Shown one piece after another: positions 42,744-52,870 of a DNA stretch of 64,000 nt. The stretch comes from Candidatus Marinacidobacterales bacterium (GTDB taxonomy: Bacteria > Acidobacteriota > Vicinamibacteria > Marinacidobacterales > SMYC01): contig CBDCYI010000004.1 in the NCBI GenBank assembly GCA_965224085.1, positions 352,001-416,000 on the forward strand. Direction: 5' to 3'. A model generated the notes under the pieces. It searched no databases. It saw only the letters and a list, made by a program, of their open reading frames with translations, and was not told the origin of the DNA. Position numbers and translations under genes: made by a program. Numbering within the stretch: position 1 is the stretch's first letter; each line of letters starts with the position of its first letter.

Positions 42744-44184
42744 GTTATAGGGACCGTTACCAGGCAGTCCGCCCTCTTCTACGTCAACTTCTCCAAACAG
42801 GCGTCGCTCATCAAGGATGATCTACTCGAACCCGTCGACACGCTCCTCGAGGACCCCGAGCTGATAGAACTGACGAGAGAATCGCTCGCTGGTCGTTTCC
42901 CGCTCTCACCGCGTACCGGCCGGGTGAGTATCGCGCCTGACCGCTTGCTCCGCAGCTGTGTACTCAAGCACATCAAAGGATGGTCCTTCCGAGTCCTCGA
43001 GCGGGAGATCCGTTCTAGCCTCGTGTATCGGCGCTTCACTCGCTTCGACGACGATTCGATTCCCAACTACTCCACATTCAGTCGCAACTTTTCCCTACTC
43101 GGTGATGCGTTCGTAGAGAAAATCCATGCCCGTGTGGTCGCTCAGGCTCGAGACGAAAAGGTGGCTACGGGACGCAAGTTACGCACGGATACGACGGTAG
43201 TGGAGAGCAACATCCATTACCCCACAGATAGCTCACTGCTTGCCGATGGCATCCGGGTGCTCACCCGTAGTCTGAAGTGTATTGCAAAGGCTTGTGCTCA
43301 AGGTGCGCTCAAGGTGGTGGACCACAGCCGATCAACGAAAAACAGGCAGCTTGAGATCGACCGCGCCAGCAAGTCGTTCACCGAATCGAGCCAAGTCAAG
43401 TTCAAGCAAAGTTATCGCAAGCTCATGGGCACGGCGCGCAGCGTGGTCCGGCAAGCCGACGAGGTTATTCAGTCGCTCAAGAGCGGAAAGCTTCCGGTCG
43501 TGGGTTCGCTGGTGAGCATCATAAGCAATCAGAGCCAACTCGAACATTATCTGCCACTGTGCAAAAAGGTGTTAGCTCAGACAAAGGCCCGTGTTTTAGG
43601 GGGCCATCGTCACCATCCGGACAAGATCGTCAGCCTGTTCGAGGAGCATACGGCCGTGATCCGAAAAGGCAAAACATGGAAGCCGACCGAGTTTGGACGA
43701 CTCGTGCGAATTGATGAGGTGGAGAACGGCATTGTTAGCCACTACGAAGTTGCCGCAGGCAATCCGGCGGACCAAACTCAGTGGATGCCCGCGCTGGAGC
43801 AACACAAAAAACAGTTCGCTCGTGCGCCGGAGATGGCGACCGCTGACCGCGGATTCTTTTCGGCAGACAATGAACGCAAGGCCATAGATCTCGGTGTAAA
43901 GAAAGTGGTGTTGCCGGCTCGAGGACGACCCTCGAAAAAACGAGCCAAGGTTCAAAAAAAGCGCTGGTTCCGTCGAGCCCTCAAGTGGCGCGGGGGCGTC
44001 GAGTCCCGCATCAGCACCCTCAAGCACCGCTTCGCTATGCTTCGCGCCACCTACAAGGGCGACCGAGGATTCAAGCGTTACGTCGGGTGGTGCGTTATCA
44101 GCCAAAACCTCATATCGATCGCTCGAGTCAAGCGGCGAAGAAAGGACAGCGAAAATGCCGAACCCTTCATTCCGATCCACGTAA
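42744..44184 (+). CDS. IS-B DDE transposase (start and end inferred)
   Basis: LRTDTTVVESNIHYPTD, EFGR, ADRGF and RGGVESRIS motifs; frame open from 42732; as sequenced it reads through to 44588. Confidence 0.75.
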
Positions 44185-44500
44185 ACGTCGGGACCAGCTC
44201 CTACAACAGATTCAACAATATGCGCGAAGGGCGATCTTCGGCACACCCTCCGAAACCTATCGTACCTGCGGTACGCCCACTTGTCGGTGCCACGGGCCCG
44301 GGCCAAAGCATGGCCCTCACCTCTATATCAATTTTCGTGGCAAGCACGGCAAGACTACCGGCTACTATGTGCCCCAAGCCGCACACAAGCGTATCCGCGA
44401 AGGCGTCGCCGCATGGCAGAGCTTGCAGGATTGTCTGCGAGAACTCGCGGACATCAACAAGCAAAATACGCTCGACCGTGCCCGACAGGCGCGTTCCTAA
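44155..44500 (+). pseudogene. IS-B accessory protein (DUF6788-like Cys/His motif), start out of frame
   Basis: YRTCGTPTCRCHGPGPKHGPHLY; AAGGA RBS + ATG 44155 lies one base out of frame. Confidence 0.65.
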
Positions 44501-44587
44501 CAAGCAGTACAACCAACGGCCTCACTCCTGTGCTCAAACAAATGAACGCCTTGACGCTAAACGGGCTTTTGCAACAGGCTCTAGCTA

Positions 44588-46271
44588 GTTCCTGTCCAGA
44601 AACACCATAACTTGTGGTGTACGAGAGGCCTATCGAAGATGTGGGTATTATACGTTTTCAGTCGGCACCTCGTAGGCTCGGAAGCGAATGAAAATCTTGG
44701 ACGAAACGAGAGGCGAATCGTCAGCAATCCATGGCTATAAACGCAGTAAGAGTAATCATTATTATCGTAATAGGTGCCTTGCCATTACCAACAGGTTGCA
44801 GGTGATGATGGAACTCCATACGTAGGATTTGAAAGAAGGCAATGAGCGCCATGTGCATCGGTCGAGACCAAAGACTCGTTTCAAGAACGAAATGACGCCT
44901 TCGATTCCGCAGCGAAATCGCCGTAGGCGTTGATAGACCCAGGAACTCTTGACCATATCGGTCACCGCGAAGTGAGCCTTGGTAAAGGCAACATCTTCAA
45001 CTCCCTTGCCTTTGATGGCTTCCAAGTTTGCCTTTGAAGAAAACGCGCCATCGTAGGCAACCTGGCGCGGGGCCCGTTCGTAGAGTTCGACTTGACGGTC
45101 GATCATGGTTTCCGCGAGAGTTGAATCGGACGGATTCCCATCCAAGATCACGCAATCCAAAATCATCGAGGACGAGCCACCAGTCAAACACACCTTGTGA
45201 CCGTAGAGAGTCTCGCGCCGGTCTTTGCGAATAATGTCGGTGTGTTCTTCGAAGATCGAAACGACCTTTTCCTCCGCAGGCACACGCTCTTCATCAATCA
45301 CTCTACGCCGAGTTTGGTTGATGACTTTTTCGGTGAGGACGAGAAAGTGCTTAAAATCCGCGGCGATCTTCTCCGCACTCGCTCGCTTCACCGGCTCGGT
45401 CAAGCCGGACTCGTCCAACTGGTCTGCAACGCGTTGAGCGGAGCGATAGGTTTCTTCCGACACCTTCAGTAGATCTCGATAGACGCGACGCCTTTGTTCC
45501 TTATCCTTCGCGTTTAGAACTCCCAGTCGACGTCTCTTCGCTCGACGCGTTCGATTGCCGAAGACCACTACTGTACCCAGCAGTTCGCGAGTTCGGCACA
45601 TGAGGCGAGTGAGAACTCGGACGCAGTCATAAAGAAGCTCGGAGTCCGTAGGAGAATGAATATTCGACTCCACTACCGTGCAGTCCACTCGTACTTTTCT
45701 TCCTTTTTCGATCGCGGTCTTCTCGGCAACACTCACCAACTCTCGGTTGATTTTCTCCAGCGTTTCGAACTTCACGGCTTTGATGTTTGCTGCTAGGGTC
45801 GACTTCGACGGGCTCGGCTCTATGATGCCGAGCTGGCAAAACGTCCGATAGCTTCGAGAGTCTGCCAAGTGAAACGCCAGCTCCCGATAGGTGAACTGAT
45901 TCAGCTGCTTGACCAACAACGCCCGGAGAACCTGCTCCGCGCTCATTCCCCCACGACCAACATCGCTCCCTGCCGATGGGGTGACCGACCTCAGGTCTTG
46001 CAGTACCAGCTCATTGAGCTTAGGATGGGCATCGAGCAGCGATGATATCGTTTCGAGCTCGCGTGCGTGCTCCAGCTCCAGCCAGGGCTCGCGAAGGCTT
46101 GGTTGTGGGTTGATCGTTTTTCGCATTTAGGGCTGGTCTCCTTTGGAGTTAAGTCGTTTAGAATCTGCGTTTTTGTCGACTCGATACTAAACGACACTCC
46201 CTCAGAAGGCTAGCCCTAAATTTGCGATTACCCCTTTTTTCTCAACCTCTTACACCTGTCAGGACGGGTAC
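44588..46271 (-). mobile_element. IS-A copy 4 (1684 bp; transposase 44762-46126)
   Basis: TAGCTA at 44582-44587 and 46272-46277; intact 454-aa ORF. Confidence 0.95.
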
Positions 46272-46277
46272 TAGCTA

Positions 46278-47372
46278 GTTCCTGTCCAGAAACACCATAA
46301 CTTGTGGTGTACGAGAGGCCTATCGAAGATGTGGGTATTATACGTTTTCAGTCGGCACCTCGTAGGCTCGGAAGCGAATGAAAATCTTGGACGAAACGAG
46401 AGGCGAATCGTCAGCAATCCATGGCTATAAACGCAGTAAGAGCAATCATTATTATCGTAATAGGTGCCTTGCCATTACCAACAGGTTGCAGGTGATGATG
46501 GAACTCCATACGTAGGATTTGAAAGAAGGCAATGAGCGCCATGTGCATCGGTCGAGACCAAAGACTCGTTTCAAGAACGAAATGACGCCTTCGATTCCGC
46601 AGCGAAATCGCCGTAGGCGTTGATAGACCCAGGAACTCTTGACCATATCGGTCACCGCGAAGTGAGCCTTGGTAAAGGCAACATCTTCAACTCCCTTGCC
46701 TTTGATGGCTTCCAAGTTTGCCTTTGAAGAAAACGCGCCATCGTAGGCAACCTGGCGCGGGGCCCGTTCGTAGAGTTCGACTTGACGGTCGATCATGGTT
46801 TCCGCGAGAGTTGAATCGGACGGATTCCCATCCAAGATCACGCAATCCAAAATCATCGAGGACGAGCCACCAGTCAAACACACCTTGTGACCGTAGAGAG
46901 TCTCGCGCCGGTCTTTGCGAATAATGTCGGTGTGTTCTTCGAAGATCGAAACGACCTTTTCCTCCGCAGGCACACGCTCTTCATCAATCACTCTACGCCG
47001 AGTTTGGTTGATGACTTTTTCGGTGAGGACGAGAAAGTGCTTAAAATCCGCGGCGATCTTCTCCGCACTCGCTCGCTTCACCGGCTCGGTCAAGCCGGAC
47101 TCGTCCAACTGGTCTGCAACGCGTTGAGCGGAGCGATAGGTTTCTTCCGACACCTTCAGTAGATCTCGATAGACGCGACGCCTTTGTTCCTTATCCTTCG
47201 CGTTTAGAACTCCCAGTCGACGTCTCTTCGCTCGACGCGTTCGATTGCCGAAGACCACTACTGTACCCAGCAGTTCGCGAGTTCGGCACATGAGGCGAGT
47301 GAGAACTCGGACGCAGTCATAAAGAAGCTCGGAGTCCGTAGGAGAATGAATATTCGACTCCACTACCGTGCA
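46278..47372 (-). mobile_element. IS-A copy 5, truncated (3' part only)
   Basis: Identity to IS-A ends at 47372. Confidence 0.9.
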
Positions 47373-48562
47373 AGGGCTCGACGGAACCAGCGCTTTTTTT
47401 GAACCTTGGCTCGTTTTTTCGAGGGTCGTCCTCGAGCCGGCAACACCACTTTCTTTACACCGAGATCTATGGCCTTGCGTTCATTGTCTGCCGAAAAGAA
47501 TCCGCGGTCAGCGGTCGCCATCTCCGGCGCACGAGCGAACTGTTTTTTGTGTTGCTCCAGCGCGGGCATCCACTGAGTTTGGTCCGCCGGATTGCCTGCG
47601 GCAACTTCGTAGTGGCTAACAATGCCGTTCTCCACCTCATCAATTCGCACGAGTCGTCCAAACTCGGTCGGCTTCCATGTTTTGCCTTTTCGGATCACGG
47701 CCGTATGCTCCTCGAACAGGCTGACGATCTTGTCCGGATGGTGACGATGGCCCCCTAAAACACGGGCCTTTGTCTGAGCTAACACCTTTTTGCACAGTGG
47801 CAGATAATGTTCGAGTTGGCTCTGATTGCTTATGATGCTCACCAGCGAACCCACGACCGGAAGCTTTCCGCTCTTGAGCGACTGAATAACCTCGTCGGCT
47901 TGCCGGACCACGCTGCGCGCCGTGCCCATGAGCTTGCGATAACTTTGCTTGAACTTGACTTGGCTCGATTCGGTGAACGACTTGCTGGCGCGGTCGATCT
48001 CAAGCTGCCTGTTTTTCGTTGATCGGCTGTGGTCCACCACCTTGAGCGCACCTTGAGCACAAGCCTTTGCAATACACTTCAGACTACGGGTGAGCACCCG
48101 GATGCCATCGGCAAGCAGTGAGCTATCTGTGGGGTAATGGATGTTGCTCTCCACTACCGTCGTATCCGTGCGTAACTTGCGTCCCGTAGCCACCTTTTCG
48201 TCTCGAGCCTGAGCGACCACACGGGCATGGATTTTCTCTACGAACGCATCACCGAGTAGGGAAAAGTTGCGACTGAATGTGGAGTAGTTGGGAATCGAAT
48301 CGTCGTCGAAGCGAGTGAAGCGCCGATACACGAGGCTAGAACGGATCTCCCGCTCGAGGACTCGGAAGGACCATCCTTTGATGTGCTTGAGTACACAGCT
48401 GCGGAGCAAGCGGTCAGGCGCGATACTCACCCGGCCGGTACGCGGTGAGAGCGGGAAACGACCAGCGAGCGATTCTCTCGTCAGTTCTATCAGCTCGGGG
48501 TCCTCGAGGAGCGTGTCGACGGGTTCGAGTAGATCATCCTTGATGAGCGACGCCTGTTTGGA
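47373..48562 (-). mobile_element. Internal fragment of IS-B
   Basis: Reverse complement of the IS-B interior; both termini missing. Confidence 0.9.
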
Positions 48563-48573
48563 AGCGGACAGCC

Positions 48574-48600
48574 GGTGTCAACTGTCGTTGACACCTTCCG
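48574..48600. repeat. 27-bp palindromic repeat, left copy
   Basis: GGTGTCAAC-TGTC-GTTGACACC-TTCCG. Confidence 0.85.
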
Positions 48601-49010
48601 GGCGCGCGCAAAGCCATTTTTTCACTGGATAGCCAGGACTTGGCCGCTAATGCAACTCTCACCCCTTCCGCACGGACACTTACCGACAACCGCCGTTGAC
48701 ATTCTTCGGCATTCGTGAGCGCCGGCCCCCAGCCTGAAGTGCTGGATTCAAGTTGTTGTGCGTCTTGGCGTTGATGGATTTCCTCAGCTCTTACCCGAGC
48801 TTGGATTTCGGCGTAAAAAGTCCCTTTCCGCCTCCGCGGGTCTCGATCCGCTCGCGTCGGCCCGAAAAGCGCCAAGCTGTCGTTCGCGGAATCGCCATGC
48901 TAGAATTAGAGGCGTACCCCAGAAAATCCAGGAACCGAGGCTGTTATTGTTTCGGCTGTTGCCTTACGTGTGACGGGCAGCTCGCCGGACTCCACATCAC
49001 GATACGCACA

Positions 49011-51092
49011 ATGCCGCCAACCGGACTCAACAGGTACCGCATCCTCGAAAGAATCGGGCAGGGCAGTAGTGGCAAAGTTTTTCGAGCCTACGACGCCATC
49101 CTCGGTCGCCACGTGGCTCTGAAGATCATTACTCGGCGTCCCAACGATGATGAAGTCGTCGAGCGCTTCCGTCGCGAAGCGCTCGCAGCCGCGCAATTGA
49201 CACATCCGAACGTCGTCACCGTCTATGAGTCCGGCAGAGAGGGCGGCGAGTATTTCACCGCCATGGAGCTGCTCAAAGGGGTCGACATCCGGGGGCTCAT
49301 CCGGGCAAAGGCTCCGCTCAGCCTGACGGACAAGTATCGTTTGATACTGCAGGTATGCGCGGGCGTCGGGCACGCTCACGAGAGAAAAATCGTCCATCGC
49401 GACTTGACGCCGAGCAACCTTCATATCCTACCCGATGGTCAGGTGAAGATCATCGACTTTGGCTTGGTGCGATTGGCGTCCTCCAATATCACCCAGACAG
49501 GCACCATCATGGGAACGCCCTACTACATGTCACCGGAGCAAGCTGAAGGACGGAGAGTAGGGCCGGCATCTGATGTTTTTTCGATCGGTGTCGTCTTCTA
49601 CGAGTTCCTTGCATACCGCAAGCCCTTCCGCGCCGATGGGATCCTGACGACTTTGTATCGAATCATCCACGAGGACCACCCGCCCCTCCCGACACTCGTT
49701 TCCGATGTCCCACAGAGCCTGGTCGATGTGATCGACAAGGCCTTGTCGAAGGATGCTGGGGCAAGATTCGATAACGCAAACGAGTTCCTCCAGGCGTTGC
49801 AACAGCTGACCGAGGACAAGCAATTCCGCGAGGTGGTGGATCTTGACCGGCCCTCCGACGATCTTAGCGGCATTTTGCGCGAGCAAACGCAAGTGATTGA
49901 AGGCCGCGACCGCGAAAAAACGAGCACCACCGATCACGTTTCTCACGAGCGTGACGTCGCTCTGTTCACCAGCCTCGCTGGAAACTTGACTTCCACACCC
50001 CTCGCAGCCATTTTGAAGTGTTGCGCGGCCGAGTCGAAGACGGGAGCTCTCCATATTCGGCGGGGCGCCATCGAAAAGCGCTTTTTCTTCGTCGGCGGAC
50101 GACTGTTCTCGACCGCAACCAACAGCCCCAGAGAAACCCTTGGCCAGCACCTCATCCGGGTCGGCTACGTTTCCGAGAAACAGCTCTTCGAGGCCCTGTC
50201 GGAGCAAGAGCGAAGCCACAAACCACTTGGAGAGCTTCTCGTGGACAAAAAGTTGGTGGAAGAAGCAAAGCTCACGAATCTGATCAGACTGAAATCCGAG
50301 GAAAGTCTTTTTGATTGTTTCCTCTGGCCGGACGGCGAGTTCGCCTTCGAGGACGGGCACATTCCCGAGAAGATGTATCTGGCGACGGCTCTTGATATAC
50401 CAGGCCTGATTCGAGAAAGCGAGACACGAGCGCAAAAGTGGACGAAGATATGCGAGTTGTTTCCGTCTGCGCGAACCACCTTCACCGTTACGGGCGCCTT
50501 CGAAACAGCGAAAGTCCTCTCCGAGGAGCACCGTCGAGTCGTCGCGCTGATCGAGCGAGGTATGAGCTTGGCCGAAATCGCTTTGGAAATGCACGCCATG
50601 GAGTTCCGGATTTCATCATGCTTGCTCGATCTATACGAGCAGAAGGTGATCCGAATCGGAAAGATCTCGGAGGGGCGGTCCTACGAGGCTAGCGTCGAAC
50701 AGCTCCGGACTTTGTTACGTGAAGGGCTGACCTATTTCAATGCGGGGGACCATCCTCGGGCGCTCCCCGCCTTCCAAGCTGCACTCGAGATCGATCCGCA
50801 GAGCAAAGCTCATCTGTACATCAAGAAGATCGAGAATACACTCGGAAAACAAGATTCGAAAGTTCCCCTTCCTCTCGATGCGGTTCCGGTGCTCGCAGTC
50901 CCTGTCGCCGACCTCGCCACCAAAGATCTCACGCATCAGGAAGGCTTCGTCTTGTCCAGGGTCAACGGCGACTGGAACATAGGCTCGATTCTGAGTATCT
51001 GTCCCATGAGTGAGATCGAAGTCGTTGCTATCTTCAGGAAACTTGAAGGGAGCGGGCTCATCGCGATCAAGCAGCAGAGCGCCGCCTCCTGA
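49011..51092 (+). CDS. Ser/Thr protein kinase with DUF4388-like and TPR-like regions
   Basis: GQGSSG, VALK, HRDLTPSN, DFG and YMSPEQ; KTGALHIRRG..ETLGQHL; EGFVLSRVNG. Confidence 0.88.
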   Translation: MPPTGLNRYRILERIGQGSSGKVFRAYDAILGRHVALKIITRRPNDDEVVERFRREALAAAQLTHPNVVTVYESGREGGEYFTAMELLKGVDIRGLIRAKAPLSLTDKYRLILQVCAGVGHAHERKIVHRDLTPSNLHILPDGQVKIIDFGLVRLASSNITQTGTIMGTPYYMSPEQAEGRRVGPASDVFSIGVVFYEFLAYRKPFRADGILTTLYRIIHEDHPPLPTLVSDVPQSLVDVIDKALSKDAGARFDNANEFLQALQQLTEDKQFREVVDLDRPSDDLSGILREQTQVIEGRDREKTSTTDHVSHERDVALFTSLAGNLTSTPLAAILKCCAAESKTGALHIRRGAIEKRFFFVGGRLFSTATNSPRETLGQHLIRVGYVSEKQLFEALSEQERSHKPLGELLVDKKLVEEAKLTNLIRLKSEESLFDCFLWPDGEFAFEDGHIPEKMYLATALDIPGLIRESETRAQKWTKICELFPSARTTFTVTGAFETAKVLSEEHRRVVALIERGMSLAEIALEMHAMEFRISSCLLDLYEQKVIRIGKISEGRSYEASVEQLRTLLREGLTYFNAGDHPRALPAFQAALEIDPQSKAHLYIKKIENTLGKQDSKVPLPLDAVPVLAVPVADLATKDLTHQEGFVLSRVNGDWNIGSILSICPMSEIEVVAIFRKLEGSGLIAIKQQSAAS

Positions 51093-51166
51093 GAACCTGT
51101 CGCTCATCGTTATCTCTTTAGTGTAGCCGGGCGCTGGCTCGCTTGGGCACAGCCGGGCAGATTGTT

Positions 51167-51193
51167 GGTGTCAACCGTCGTTGACACTTTCCG
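51167..51193. repeat. 27-bp palindromic repeat, right copy
   Basis: GGTGTCAAC-CGTC-GTTGACACT-TTCCG; 25/27 identical to 48574-48600. Confidence 0.85.
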
Positions 51194-51210
51194 CAAACCG
51201 CGCTCGATGC

Positions 51211-51905
51211 TCACTCGCACCAGGTAGGCCGGTCGAGCTTCGGGTACAGGCTGCGGAGTCGCTGTACCCGGTACACCGAGTAGCGAGCCGCCGGGTCGTT
51301 GATGACGAGCTCCCGCACTTTTTCCTTGTTCTCGCCGTAGGTCACCTCGAGAAAACGAGCCCACTGGCGGCCGCCGAACGTGGCCATGGGCTTGCCGTCT
51401 GCATCTGCGAAGCGACCGCCATCGGTTATCAGGACGTTTCCGGTCTCGGGAAGGTGATCGGTATCGGAGATAAAAGGAGAGACGAAGCGCTCCTGCTCGG
51501 GACCGTACATCCAGACTTCTTCGACAGTGCTCGCCTCCTCATCCACCCGGTACTCTACAGCGCGGCTGAAGCGCTCTTCGACCGGCTGCGGCTCCTGCGG
51601 TGGGATACTCCGCGCGCCACCGTTGTCATAAAGCCGCAACGTGCCGCGCGGGGTCAGCTCGACCCCGTGCTGATGGCACGGCCAGATCACGTCTCCCTTC
51701 GGTTGCAGGAGCTTTTGCGACCAGGGCTCGCGCCCAGCCGATCGGATCTCCGAGGATCCAAACGAGCTCGCCGGTCGCCATGTCCACCTTGTAGATTACG
51801 CACTGCGTGTAGCTCGAGACGAGCACCGCATCCTCCTCCTCCACGTAGTAAACGGCGTTGGAGTGGGTGATGTCGTATGGCAACGGATCGTAACGCTCCT
51901 TGTAG
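51211..51905 (-). pseudogene. Aryl-sulfate sulfotransferase-like C-terminal remnant, frameshifted
   Basis: DITHSNAV, WILGDP, HQH, YDNG, SRAVEY and YSVYRVQR segments. Confidence 0.75.
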
Positions 51906-52184
51906 ATGAAGGTTGCACTGTACGTGAGGCGCTCTGGCGATTCCCAGGACGAGAGTCTAAACACCCAGCTCGAACTCCTTGAGGCCGAAGGGAAGCGCAA
52001 CGGTTGGATCGTCGCCCGATACCGCGACACGATCAGCGGCACGGTTGCACAAAGAGCTCGCCTTCCTTCAATAGTACGCAAGGTCAGTACGCAACGTCGG
52101 CGAGAGGATGTCGGAGCGTCGAGAGCTCCCGATCCAAGACGCCGAAGATGTGCGGCTCTTCGGGATGAGTTGTCCATGGGGTAG
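51906..52184 (+). pseudogene. Truncated serine recombinase
   Basis: MKVALYVRRS..QDESLNTQ..Y.D..SG....R catalytic N-terminus; remainder lost. Confidence 0.75.
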
Positions 52185-52462
52185 CCGCCGCGCACGAGGC
52201 TCGTCGTGTCGTTGTCGTGCACGTTGTTCGTGCGCCAAGCGATGAAGTGATACATGAAGGGGATGTGGAACACTAGCTGCGTTCCCGCCAGTCGATCTCG
52301 AACAAGGGAATGGGCTCGTCGAAACCGGAACGCTCTACGTCTTCGCATTCCGAGAAGGGTAGTTCTTTTTCCGCGACATAGATCGCGTATCACCTGAGAG
52401 GCAACGATCAAGTCAGCACCGGACCGGCTACAGATTGCGTCGGTGAGGTTTTCCATACGACA

Positions 52463-52651
52463 CGGCACCTAGTCCGACTCGCCCGGTCCTACATCGACTA
52501 TTATCACGAGGATCGTTGTCACCTGGGACTCGGAAAAGACTCGCCGAACGAGAGACCGGTGACGCCGCGACCGTCACCAGCGGCGAAGGTCGTCGCGCTG
52601 CCGAGGGTAGGTGGTCTTCACCATCGCTACGAATGGCGCGAGGCCGCGTAG
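52463..52651 (+). pseudogene. C-terminal remnant of an integrase-core (rve-type) transposase
   Basis: Manual translation RHLVRLARSYIDYYHEDRCHLGLGKDSP...LPRVGGLHHRYEWREAA*. Confidence 0.7.
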
Positions 52652-52870
52652 AGCAGTTTTGGTCATCAACGTCGCGGGGCCGGAGCTGTCGACAATGGCG
52701 CTCTCCAACTCCGATACCCGCTGGTCGTGTAATCCCGGCAGCGTTTCGCGTGCGTCGACCTCGCTTTCGTGCTCGTCACCGAGCCACACGCGCCTAACCT
52801 CCCGGGCGGATCAATAAAGATGATGGACAACCCTGTGGTACGCTACGACGTTTTTTTCGGGAGGTATTCC

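Larger units (their letters stand above)
42559..44581 (+). mobile_element. IS-B (related ISNCY-type element, 2023 bp)
   Basis: Perfect 15-bp terminal IR GAGCCTGTTGCAAAA; flanked by TAGCTA on both sides. Confidence 0.93.

Noticed and set aside
40863-46277. Regularly recurring TAGCTA read as a CRISPR or integron-like array
   Set aside because: These are 6-bp target duplications between IS elements; there are no cas genes, integron integrase or attC structures.
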